Shown here: piece after piece, positions 1-8,217 of the stretch
Layout of the letters: each line of letters opens with the position of its first letter
Position numbering within the stretch: the stretch's first letter is position 1
The notes under the pieces: generated by a model
What the model was told of the DNA's origin: nothing
The model's input: the letters and a program-made list of their open reading frames with translations, nothing else
Databases searched by the model: none
Source of the DNA: an uncultured Eubacteriales bacterium
Lineage (GTDB): Bacteria > Bacillota > Clostridia > Oscillospirales > Acutalibacteraceae
Length of the DNA stretch: 64,000 bases
Reading direction: 5' to 3'
Assembly: GCA_934489735.1 (NCBI GenBank)
Contig: CAKSSR010000009.1
Location: 4,856-68,855 of the forward strand
Program-made: the position numbers and the translations under genes

Positions 1-881
1 TTTGCTTTTTTTATTTTTTTATATAAGAACAAACTTTTTAGGTATGTAATTGTTCCAAAGCTTTTACCTGGGGATACTAATTCATTCAAGTCCAGGTACC
101 ACATGATAAATCCTGCTGGTTTATTGTCTTTGAATGCAAATATAAGGCTTTCAGGATGTATAAAAGTTAATAATTCTTTTAACATTTCCTTATCTTCCTC
201 ATAATTTCTCGAATAATAATATCGATGATCTTTAAAGCATTCATTATTCAAGTCAGTATATATCTTAGAAAAATAATCAAAGTTCTCTTTGTCGAAGAAC
301 TTATATTCATAATTTTCGTCGACTCTGTCGATTAATGGTGAAAATCTCTCCATTTTTCTTTGACTGTCGGTACTTGACCATAGGTAAGTATTTAAAAATA
401 CTTCTTCAAAATCTAAATTTTTAAAGTAATCGTTATAATATTCTGGATTTGCGCCCATTCCGAATGAATTTTTTGAATCAAACTTATTTGCCAGCATACC
501 CAGGCCATAATTTACATGTCCGGCCAAGCCAACGACTAATTTTTGAGCACTATACTTTTTACCGATGCTTGATACTTCTTTTATCAACAATTGAACTGCG
601 TCTGGTTCGTTATCCAGTCCTTCAAAAAAGCTCATTTGTATGTAATCGGGGAGTTCTTTTGTATAGATAGCTATACATTGGCATTTAATTTCGTTATCAT
701 CTCCTAGTACATACATAGGAAATATCTTTTTTTTGTTAGAGAAACGGGTCCTCGAGTAAAACAATTGCTTTATCATCATCATATTATCGTCTACAAAGAC
801 TGCATTTTTTTTATAGATTTCTTTTCTAAATTTAATATATTTTAATTTTTCTTTAATTGATTTTACAATAATTACTTGCAT
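1..881 (-). CDS. GNAT-fold (double-GNAT/NMT-like) N-acyltransferase-like protein, N-terminal ~293 aa; gene runs off the left window edge
   Basis: My own minus-strand translation from ATG 881-879 stays open to nt 1. An AAGGTGG RBS lies about 12 nt upstream. Sequence: MQVIIVKSIKEKLKYIKFRKEIYKKNAVFVDD...VVGLAGHVNYGLGMLANKFDSKNSFGMGANPEYYNDYFKNLDFEEVF...LIFAFKDNKPAGFIMWYLDLNELV. It is absent from the ORF track only because there is no stop inside the window. The family call rests on a remembered motif layout, not a search. Confidence 0.5.
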   Translation of the reverse strand, partial: MQVIIVKSIKEKLKYIKFRKEIYKKNAVFVDDNMMMIKQLFYSRTRFSNKKKIFPMYVLGDDNEIKCQCIAIYTKELPDYIQMSFFEGLDNEPDAVQLLIKEVSSIGKKYSAQKLVVGLAGHVNYGLGMLANKFDSKNSFGMGANPEYYNDYFKNLDFEEVFLNTYLWSSTDSQRKMERFSPLIDRVDENYEYKFFDKENFDYFSKIYTDLNNECFKDHRYYYSRNYEEDKEMLKELLTFIHPESLIFAFKDNKPAGFIMWYLDLNELVSPGKSFGTITYLKSLFLYKKIKKA

Positions 882-924
882 TTATTATTTTAGCCACCTT
901 TCTTGGCAAAAAGAGTTAACTTTA

Positions 925-1191
925 CTATACATTTGACATGACATTTACTTGACTATCTATATATTCTACTAGATCTCCGATAGTATTTATTTCTAGATAT
1001 TTTTCTTCTGGTACAACTACTTTATACTTTTCTTCTATTGTGAAGAGTAAGTTTATCAAGTCAAAAGAAGATAGATCCAGATCGCTTCTTATATTTGTTT
1101 GTAAACTTATGTCTTGTTCTCTTATGTCACATTCTTCTTTTAGAAATTTCTTTAAATTGGTAAATAATTCTTCTGATCTGTTACTAATCAT
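925..1191 (-). CDS. stand-alone acyl carrier protein (88 aa)
   Basis: Track ORF. Small acidic protein with the phosphopantetheine-site motif DLDLSSFDLINLL. Its ATG overlaps the stop of the upstream ligase ORF by 8 nt. Confidence 0.8.
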   Translation of the reverse strand: MISNRSEELFTNLKKFLKEECDIREQDISLQTNIRSDLDLSSFDLINLLFTIEEKYKVVVPEEKYLEINTIGDLVEYIDSQVNVMSNV

Positions 1192-1846
1192 ATTGATCCC
1201 TCATTATTTTGTTATTACTTGTCTTTTTGAATTCGTTTTTCATTAGTTCAAAGTCACATATTTTCATATAGTATGGCAATTCGGAATTAATTATATCTAT
1301 ATCTTTTTTCAAATCAATGCTTCCAATATCCTTAACAGAATTGTCTAAAAATATCTTTGCGATTATCTTATATGTCCCTTTTTTCAATGCTACTATACAT
1401 TCTTTTACATAATTCAATCTTAAAAGCTTGTTTTCTATTACTTCCGGCGAAAATTTCTTTCCATTTTTCAAGACTATTAGATTACTTTTTCTACCGGTGA
1501 AATACAAAATATTACCATCTTTATATCCCAGGTCACCAGTTTTATAATATCCATTAATAAATGACTGTCGAGTTAGTTCATCATTTTTATAATATCCTAG
1601 CATTACACTAGGACCTTTGACTAATATTTCTCCATCGTCTGCTATTTTTAAATCGATGTCTTTCAATATCAATCCAACGCTTCCGATGACGTTATTCTTA
1701 GCCATGCAAACAGAAACCAATGGAGAGCATTCGGTTAATCCATATCCATTAACTAAATCTATTCCAAGTTCTTTATATTTGCTGACATAAACATGATTAA
1801 GTTTGGCCCCTCCAGAAAGCATTAAGGATAAATTCTTACATATCAA
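1184..1846 (-). CDS. adenylate-forming acyl ligase (acyl-CoA synthetase / fatty acyl-AMP ligase family), C-terminal half
   Basis: Core motifs GYGLTE (A5), YKTGDLG (A7) and GRKSNLIVLKNGKKFSPEVIE (A8). The frame differs from that of the N-terminal half. Confidence 0.8.
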   Translation of the reverse strand: MICKNLSLMLSGGAKLNHVYVSKYKELGIDLVNGYGLTECSPLVSVCMAKNNVIGSVGLILKDIDLKIADDGEILVKGPSVMLGYYKNDELTRQSFINGYYKTGDLGYKDGNILYFTGRKSNLIVLKNGKKFSPEVIENKLLRLNYVKECIVALKKGTYKIIAKIFLDNSVKDIGSIDLKKDIDIINSELPYYMKICDFELMKNEFKKTSNNKIMRDQYD

Positions 1847-1916
1847 GTTACCAAATAATAATCTTCTAATATCTATTCCGACCTTTAGTAAAAGGTTGCT
1901 TATCTTTATCGAAATA

Positions 1917-2768
1917 TTAAATATCTTTTCTTTCTTTCTTTCTCTTTTTTATTTCAAGAATTAGTTTTTTATATATTCCTTCAGCAAGCATAGGTACAGC
2001 GCCAATGCAATAAGGGTTAAATTCTTTAATATCTTTGAACAAATATTTAATGTCGCTATTAATGCATACAGTCATGCCTTTATATAATGCTACCAAGACT
2101 CCACAATTGAAGCCATATGTGTGGTTGAATGGTAAAATTGCTAAAAAGGAGTCTTTGGGATCATTGTTTTGTAAAGCACCTCTTATATTAGAAATGATAT
2201 TTTTTTGAGAAAGCATTATTCCTTTGTTTATTCCGGACGTCCCAGATGCAAATGCTAACATTGAGAACTTGTTATCAGGGACATCCTTGATGTTATCAAA
2301 CATTTCATTAATATCAAATTTTTTCGATATAATATTATTAAATTCCTCATCGATATTTATAATTTTTATATCAGAACTTAAATTTTCTAATTTATTCTTA
2401 GTTTTGTCTGTATAAAACAAAACTTTGATATCAAATTCCTTTATTATTTTAAATAAGTCTTCTCTAGGTAAGTTTTTATCTAAAGGTGCTATTACATTTG
2501 AAAAGACAGAGCTTAAATAAGTCACAATATATTCATAGCGATTTTCAGATATTATTCCAATATTTAGATTTTCTATATTATTTTCTATATAATAATTATA
2601 CATGCTACATATATTAGATATCAAGTCATTGAATGAAATTTTATTTATATTCTTTTCTTTTCTATATCTTACTGCTACATTGTCTTTGTAAATTGTATAT
2701 AAATCCTTAAGCATGTCATAGAAGTTTGAACCTTCTCTTGCCTCATACAATTCAAAATCTTTGTTCAT
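1917..2768 (-). CDS. adenylate-forming acyl ligase, N-terminal half
   Basis: FASGTSGINKG (A3 motif) and NHTYGF. The ATG lies 1 nt after the stop of the peptide ORF. See the finding on the frameshift junction. Confidence 0.8.
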   Translation of the reverse strand: MNKDFELYEAREGSNFYDMLKDLYTIYKDNVAVRYRKEKNINKISFNDLISNICSMYNYYIENNIENLNIGIISENRYEYIVTYLSSVFSNVIAPLDKNLPREDLFKIIKEFDIKVLFYTDKTKNKLENLSSDIKIINIDEEFNNIISKKFDINEMFDNIKDVPDNKFSMLAFASGTSGINKGIMLSQKNIISNIRGALQNNDPKDSFLAILPFNHTYGFNCGVLVALYKGMTVCINSDIKYLFKDIKEFNPYCIGAVPMLAEGIYKKLILEIKKRKKERKDI

Positions 2769-2769
2769 T

Positions 2770-3048
2770 TTACTTAATAAGTCCTTTCTTTATGCCAAAT
2801 TGATAGCATTTGTTTAGTTCATCCATGGTTACATTTACACCTCTTTTATCAAAAAGTCTTTTTGTTTCTGAGAGACTCTTACAATTCGCTAATTGATTTG
2901 TAAATTTTTTATCATTTAATGCAATCCTTACATCCTTTCTACACATGGCAAGAAAGAGTCTTCCTTGCGTAGTACTTAAATATCTGTCCAAGGCATTAGA
3001 ACCTCCTGATATTTCTTCTAAATTTTCGTTACTTAATTCATTTGACAT
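2770..3048 (-). CDS. 92-aa peptide with double-glycine-type leader motif (candidate bacteriocin/RiPP precursor)
   Basis: The N-terminus MSNELSNENLEEISGG fits the LSxxELxxIxGG double-glycine leader consensus. The C-terminus is Lys-rich (FGIKKGLIK). A GGAG RBS is present. This is the first gene of the operon. Confidence 0.6.
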   Translation of the reverse strand: MSNELSNENLEEISGGSNALDRYLSTTQGRLFLAMCRKDVRIALNDKKFTNQLANCKSLSETKRLFDKRGVNVTMDELNKCYQFGIKKGLIK

Positions 3049-3089
3049 TAAAATTCATCTCCATTTCTACAAAAAATACAATATTATAC

Positions 3090-3119
3090 ATTATACATTA
3101 AAATAGTAGTAAAAATCAA
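3090..3119 (-). promoter_or_regulatory. putative sigma-A promoter of the peptide-ligase-ACP-acyltransferase operon
   Basis: The minus strand reads TTGATT, an 18-nt spacer, then TATAAT preceded by TG. It lies about 40 nt upstream of ATG 3048. Confidence 0.4.
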
Positions 3120-3298
3120 ATAAAACGATATAGAATTTTTAGAAATATTTTTATAATATTAAGCAATGAGGAAGAAAATTTAAACTAAATTAAGGATGAT
3201 TGAAATTCAAATTACATAGTTTTAGAGAATTTGAGTTAAAAATAGCTGTTAAAGTGCAATCGGATGTGGTATAATAAGCAAAAGATTCAAATGAGCAG

Positions 3299-4354
3299 GT
3301 GAACGAATTGTTATCTATTATTGTAAATGGAAGTAAAGTTTTAATAAAAAGAGGGATTTTAGATTATTGTGGGGAATTTATCATAGACGAAGTAAAGTTT
3401 TCTAAGGCATTGATTATAAGCGACAGGAATGTTTCAAGGATTTATATGGACAGGCTGACGAAGCAGTTAAGCGACATGAACTTTAAAACTGACATATATT
3501 TAATAGAAAATGGAGAAAAGAGCAAAAATTTAGCGACAGCTGAGAAAATATATGACTTATTATCATCGACATTAATATCAAGGGCAGACTTAATCATTGC
3601 AATTGGAGGGGGAGTAGTTACAGACATAGCGGGATTTGTAGCTGCGACATACAAAAGGGGAGTAAATTTAATAAATATTCCAACATCTTTACTAGGAATG
3701 ATAGACGCATCGATAGGAGGGAAGAATGGAGTCAATACGAATTTTGGGAAAAATCTAGTAGGGACATTCTATCAGCCGAAGTTAGTCATCATTGATCCAG
3801 ACATTTTAAACACTTTACCAATGGATGAACTAAGAAGTGGTATAGCCGAGGCAATAAAGTACGGATGCATAAGTGACAGATATTTATTTAGTATTTTAGA
3901 GCAAGGCAGCTTGGATGAGAATAGGGAAGAAATAATAAGTAGATGCATAATAATAAAGAAAAAGGCAGTAGAGGACGACCCATTTGACGAAGGGGAGAGA
4001 ATGTTATTAAATTTTGGACATACCATTGGACATGCGATAGAGAAAATGTACAATTATGGGACTGTATCGCACGGGCAAGCGGTATCAATTGGAATGAACA
4101 TAATGACAAAGGTATCAGAAATGGAAGGATTGACTTCAAAAGGGACATATAAAAGGCTAACCTTACTATGCAAGAAATACAACTTACCGATAAGCGTTGA
4201 TGTACCAATAGACATGATATATAAAACGATATTAAATGACAAAAAGGCACTAGACGACTATATAAATTTAATATTTATCAAAGAAATAGGGAAAAGCTTT
4301 ATATACAAGTCAAAAATTGATAGATTCGTTGAACAAATGACTAAAATATGTTAG
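3299..4354 (+). CDS. aroB: 3-dehydroquinate synthase
   Basis: Motifs GGGVVTDIAGFVAATYKRG, NFGHTIGHAIE and HGQAVSIGM. An in-frame TTG at 3308 has a better RBS (AGGTGA, 5-nt spacer) than the GTG at 3299. Confidence 0.9.
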   Translation: MNELLSIIVNGSKVLIKRGILDYCGEFIIDEVKFSKALIISDRNVSRIYMDRLTKQLSDMNFKTDIYLIENGEKSKNLATAEKIYDLLSSTLISRADLIIAIGGGVVTDIAGFVAATYKRGVNLINIPTSLLGMIDASIGGKNGVNTNFGKNLVGTFYQPKLVIIDPDILNTLPMDELRSGIAEAIKYGCISDRYLFSILEQGSLDENREEIISRCIIIKKKAVEDDPFDEGERMLLNFGHTIGHAIEKMYNYGTVSHGQAVSIGMNIMTKVSEMEGLTSKGTYKRLTLLCKKYNLPISVDVPIDMIYKTILNDKKALDDYINLIFIKEIGKSFIYKSKIDRFVEQMTKIC

Positions 4355-4394
4355 AATAAGGGTGGTGAAAGCTATCAATTGATAGCGATGTGAC

Positions 4395-5486
4395 ATGTCA
4401 TCTATTTGGGGGAGCAATGTAAAGATATCTATTTTTGGAGAAAGTCATGGAAAAGGGATAGGAGTTACAATCGACGGACTACCATCTGGAGAGAGAATAG
4501 ATATGGAAGAGATAGAATTTGAAATGAAAAGAAGGAGGCCGGGTGAGAATTCTTTATCGACTGGAAGAAAAGAGAAGGACAAGCCAGACATAATTTCAGG
4601 GATGCTAAACGGATTTACGACAGGGACACCTCTGTGCACTATTTTCTATAATAATGACATAAATCCTTTACATTATGATGAACTAAATTATATAATTAGG
4701 CCTGGCCATGCCGACTATACTGGCCATGTACGATACAAAGGGTTTGCAAATTTCACGGGAGGAGGGCATTTTTCTGGAAGATTGACATGTCCATTAGTAT
4801 TTGCAGGTGCAATATGTAGACAGATTTTAAGAAAAAGAGGGATAGACATTGGATCGCACATCAGTTCAATTGGAGAAATAAACGACGAAAGGTTTAATCC
4901 AACTAAAATTGATGAAAAGACTTTAAATAAGTTGGCAAAGTGTTCGTTCCCGACGATTGATGTTGGCATAAAGGAAGAAATGATTAAAAAAATAGAAGAA
5001 GTAAAGAAAGACAATGATAGCATTGGAGGAACTATAGAATGTGCTATTATTGGAATCAAAGCAGGATTAGGCTCGCCTATGTTCGACGGAATAGAAAGTA
5101 AGATATCTTCAATCATTTTTAGCATACCGGGAGTAAAAGGGATAGAATTTGGCAATGGCTTTTATTCATCAAGCATAAGAGGAAGCGAGAATAATGATCC
5201 GTTTTTTTATGAAAATGATAAAATTAAGACAAGGACTAACAATCATGGAGGAATATTGGGAGGAATAAGTTCAGGAATGCCAATAATATTTAGGGCAGGA
5301 TTTAAACCGACTCCATCGATTGGCAAGATTCAATCAAGTATTAGCTTAAAAGATAAGACTCAAGAGGAAGTTAATATAAAAGGCAGGCATGATCCATGCA
5401 TAGTCACCAGAGCAGTACCAGTAGTTGAGTCAGCTGCAGCAATTGCTATGCTTGATATATTATTGTCTGATATAAGTCAATTTTGA
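4395..5486 (+). CDS. aroC: chorismate synthase
   Basis: FGESHGKGIGVTIDGLPSG, RPGHADYTG and GRHDPCIVTRAVPV are typical AroC signatures. Confidence 0.92.
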   Translation: MSSIWGSNVKISIFGESHGKGIGVTIDGLPSGERIDMEEIEFEMKRRRPGENSLSTGRKEKDKPDIISGMLNGFTTGTPLCTIFYNNDINPLHYDELNYIIRPGHADYTGHVRYKGFANFTGGGHFSGRLTCPLVFAGAICRQILRKRGIDIGSHISSIGEINDERFNPTKIDEKTLNKLAKCSFPTIDVGIKEEMIKKIEEVKKDNDSIGGTIECAIIGIKAGLGSPMFDGIESKISSIIFSIPGVKGIEFGNGFYSSSIRGSENNDPFFYENDKIKTRTNNHGGILGGISSGMPIIFRAGFKPTPSIGKIQSSISLKDKTQEEVNIKGRHDPCIVTRAVPVVESAAAIAMLDILLSDISQF

Positions 5487-5517
5487 TATATGAAAAGGAA
5501 TGGGGTGAATGTAGGAT

Positions 5518-6312
5518 ATGGAAAATTTAAAAATAAGTAAAAATTCTTTATATGGATTAAAAAAAATAGAAGAGCAGTTTGAATCATTGCACAAGGGGCT
5601 GCATATAATAGCAGGACCGTGTTCAGTAGAAAACAGAGAAATGATGGAAATTACAGCCGAGAAGCTATCGGAACTAGGAATTGAGTTCTTAAGAGGAGGT
5701 GCATTTAAACCGAGGACATCTCCTTATGATTTTCAAGGATTAGGCGAGGAAGGTTTGAAAATATTAAGAGAAGCAGGGAAAAAGTTTGGAATGCTAACTG
5801 TAAGCGAGGTAGTGGACACGAGATACGTAGAAACTATGACAAGGCATGTAGATATGTTGCAAATTGGTTCAAGAAACATGAGCAACTTTGAATTACTTAA
5901 AGAAGTTGGAAGGTCAAAGCATCCAGTTTTATTAAAAAGGGGGATGTGTTCAACAGTTGAAGAGTTCAAGTTTGCGGCGGAATACATAGCAAATGAAGGA
6001 AATAAGAATATTACTTTATGCGAAAGAGGCATAAGGACATTTGAGACAGCAACTAGAAACACCTTGGACATAGCGTGCATTGCAATATTAAAGAAAGAAA
6101 CAAAGTTACCAGTAATGGTTGACTTGAGTCATTCACTTGGCCGTAAAGATATATTAATATCAGTTGCAAGATCTGTAATAGCAATGGGAGTCGACGGAAT
6201 AATGATAGAAGTTCATAATGACCCGGGTAAAGCACTTTCAGATAAGTTTCAGCAATTAAGTTTGGATGAATTTAAGTATTTTATGACACAGATAGCAAAA
6301 AATGAAGTTTAG
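5518..6312 (+). CDS. aroF: 3-deoxy-7-phosphoheptulonate (DAHP) synthase, type I-beta (KDO8PS-like)
   Basis: 264 aa. Motifs [34 protein letters not shown] and LQIGSRNM. Confidence 0.85.
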   Translation: MENLKISKNSLYGLKKIEEQFESLHKGLHIIAGPCSVENREMMEITAEKLSELGIEFLRGGAFKPRTSPYDFQGLGEEGLKILREAGKKFGMLTVSEVVDTRYVETMTRHVDMLQIGSRNMSNFELLKEVGRSKHPVLLKRGMCSTVEEFKFAAEYIANEGNKNITLCERGIRTFETATRNTLDIACIAILKKETKLPVMVDLSHSLGRKDILISVARSVIAMGVDGIMIEVHNDPGKALSDKFQQLSLDEFKYFMTQIAKNEV

Positions 6313-6317
6313 GAGAG

Positions 6318-6866
6318 ATGATTTTGAAAAATATATTGATTTTGTCAGGGAGTCCACATAAAAATGGAACCTCTTCAGCATTATTGGATAGGTTTGAAGA
6401 GGGAGCAAGAAGCAATGGCAATGAAGTAACTAGGAGGAACGTAGCTTTCCTCAATATAAATGGATGCCTTGGCTGTAATAATTGTAAGATCAACAAGGGA
6501 ATTTGTAGCCAAGTTGATGACTTCTCGATGATCAAAGATGACATAAGGGAATCAGACGTAGTAGTCTTTGCAACGCCTTTATACTATTTTGGAATGTCGG
6601 CTCAGCTCAAACAAGTGATAGACAGATTCCACTCAATCGGCGACGAACTTAAGAATAAGAAGAGACAGACAATACTAATTTCAACTCAAACAAATCCAAG
6701 TCAAGAAATAACAAAAGCATTGATAGACCATTACAAAATGATTATAAATTATTGGGGATGGGATATAATTGATATGCTAATTGCTACGGCAGTACCGACT
6801 TTGGAAGAACTTATTAAGACGGATTATTTAGAAAAAGCTAAAGAACTAGGAAAAAGAATATCATGA
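6318..6866 (+). CDS. flavodoxin-fold NAD(P)H-dependent FMN reductase / iron-sulfur-flavoprotein-like protein
   Basis: ILILSGSPHKNGTSS N-terminus, CLGCNNC cysteine cluster and VVFATPLYYFGMSAQLK. It starts 6 nt after the DAHP synthase stop. Confidence 0.7.
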   Translation: MILKNILILSGSPHKNGTSSALLDRFEEGARSNGNEVTRRNVAFLNINGCLGCNNCKINKGICSQVDDFSMIKDDIRESDVVVFATPLYYFGMSAQLKQVIDRFHSIGDELKNKKRQTILISTQTNPSQEITKALIDHYKMIINYWGWDIIDMLIATAVPTLEELIKTDYLEKAKELGKRIS

Positions 6867-7675
6867 GAAAGAAAAAGATATATTTTGGAATGTTTTTTTG
6901 CTTTATAATTATGAATTTTGTACTTTATGCTGAGGTGAATGCATTGTTTTCTAATACTCATTATAACATCGGTAAGAAAATGATTACTAAAATGGATAAA
7001 AAACTAGAAGAAGATGAAGAAAAAGCATTCTTATCTGGAATGGTTTATGCAGATATAGGAAGATTTAAGTTCGATAAAGAAGTAAAGATTAACTCAGACT
7101 CAGAAGAATTTGTAAACATATTAGAAAAGTTTGCTAAGAATGATAACGAGATTTGGTTTGTAAAGGGAATGAAGATGCATATTATCCAGGACAGTCACAC
7201 AGACGAAATGATTTCAAATATCTTTGGAAAAAATGAAGAAGGATATATAGGTTATATAAAAGACTGCGGGATTTTAGAAAAGTACTTTTCAAATGTTGAC
7301 AACAGTTATCTATATAATAACCATTTGGATAAGTTTAGTCTTGATCAAGTGAAAAAAGGATTGAATATTGATAAAATGTTCGATAAATTTCACTTGCCGG
7401 TAGGAAATATCAATATATTATGCAAATCAATTTTAAATAATTATTACGACCACTTAAAAAAAGAAGAATTAGTTTCATCATATAACGATCTGATTATAAA
7501 AACATATGAATCTTTAGGATTGGATTTGAATAATGAAGACATTAATCAACAAGAGGCTAATATAGTTGGATCATGTGCAATCATTAGTTATGTTTCAGAA
7601 GTAAAAACTGACTTGAGTAAGATAATTGAATCAGAAATTGAGAGAATATCAGACTTATGTTTAGAATTTATTTAA
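6863..7675 (+). CDS. signal-peptide protein, possibly zinc phospholipase C / P1-nuclease-like superfamily
   Basis: Hydrophobic N-terminus, then THYNIG...GMVYADIGR...MHIIQDSHTD (a His/Asp pattern). The ATG overlaps the previous stop (ATGA). The family call is weak. Confidence 0.35.
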   Translation: MRKKKIYFGMFFCFIIMNFVLYAEVNALFSNTHYNIGKKMITKMDKKLEEDEEKAFLSGMVYADIGRFKFDKEVKINSDSEEFVNILEKFAKNDNEIWFVKGMKMHIIQDSHTDEMISNIFGKNEEGYIGYIKDCGILEKYFSNVDNSYLYNNHLDKFSLDQVKKGLNIDKMFDKFHLPVGNINILCKSILNNYYDHLKKEELVSSYNDLIIKTYESLGLDLNNEDINQQEANIVGSCAIISYVSEVKTDLSKIIESEIERISDLCLEFI

Positions 7676-7699
7676 ATAATGAATAAGAGGTGATTATAT

Positions 7700-8068
7700 T
7701 TGAGACCAATAGCTAACTTTTTATGGATAATATTTGGCGGATTGATACTTAGTTTGTTCTGGGCAATGGCAGGCTTGATATTTTGCATATCCATAATAGG
7801 AATACCATTTGGAATGCAATGCTTTAAGTTTGCTTCGCTTATGTTGGCACCATTTGGGAAAGAGATAATTTATGCAAATGGAATCGGAAGCTTTATATTG
7901 AATATAATATGGATATTATTTTTTGGCTGGGAACTTGCAATTCTTTCATTAGTAATAGGAGTTTTGTGGTGTTTGACTATAGTCGGATATCCAATAGGAA
8001 TCCAATGTATTAAATTTGCTAAGCTTTCGTTTATGCCATTTGGCGCAGAGATAGTAAATTTAGAATAA
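7700..8068 (+). CDS. YccF-domain (DUF307) inner membrane protein
   Basis: Two internal repeats of the IIGIPFGMQCFKFA / VGYPIGIQCIKFA type, with four predicted TM segments. Confidence 0.8.
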   Translation: MRPIANFLWIIFGGLILSLFWAMAGLIFCISIIGIPFGMQCFKFASLMLAPFGKEIIYANGIGSFILNIIWILFFGWELAILSLVIGVLWCLTIVGYPIGIQCIKFAKLSFMPFGAEIVNLE

Positions 8069-8085
8069 TTTTATATATTTTTGGG

Positions 8086-8112
8086 AGGCTGTACTTAACA
8101 GCCTTTTAACTT
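8086..8112 (+). terminator. rho-independent terminator after the yccF-like gene
   Basis: AGGCTGT-ACTTA-ACAGCCT hairpin followed by a T-rich tract. Confidence 0.65.
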
Positions 8113-8217
8113 TTAGTATAAGTATATAAAGTTTGTTAAATTTTTGTTAAGTTTGATATTTTTATGAGCTAATATGATATAATGATTTCATATTGATTCT
8201 AAATGGAGGAAAATGTT

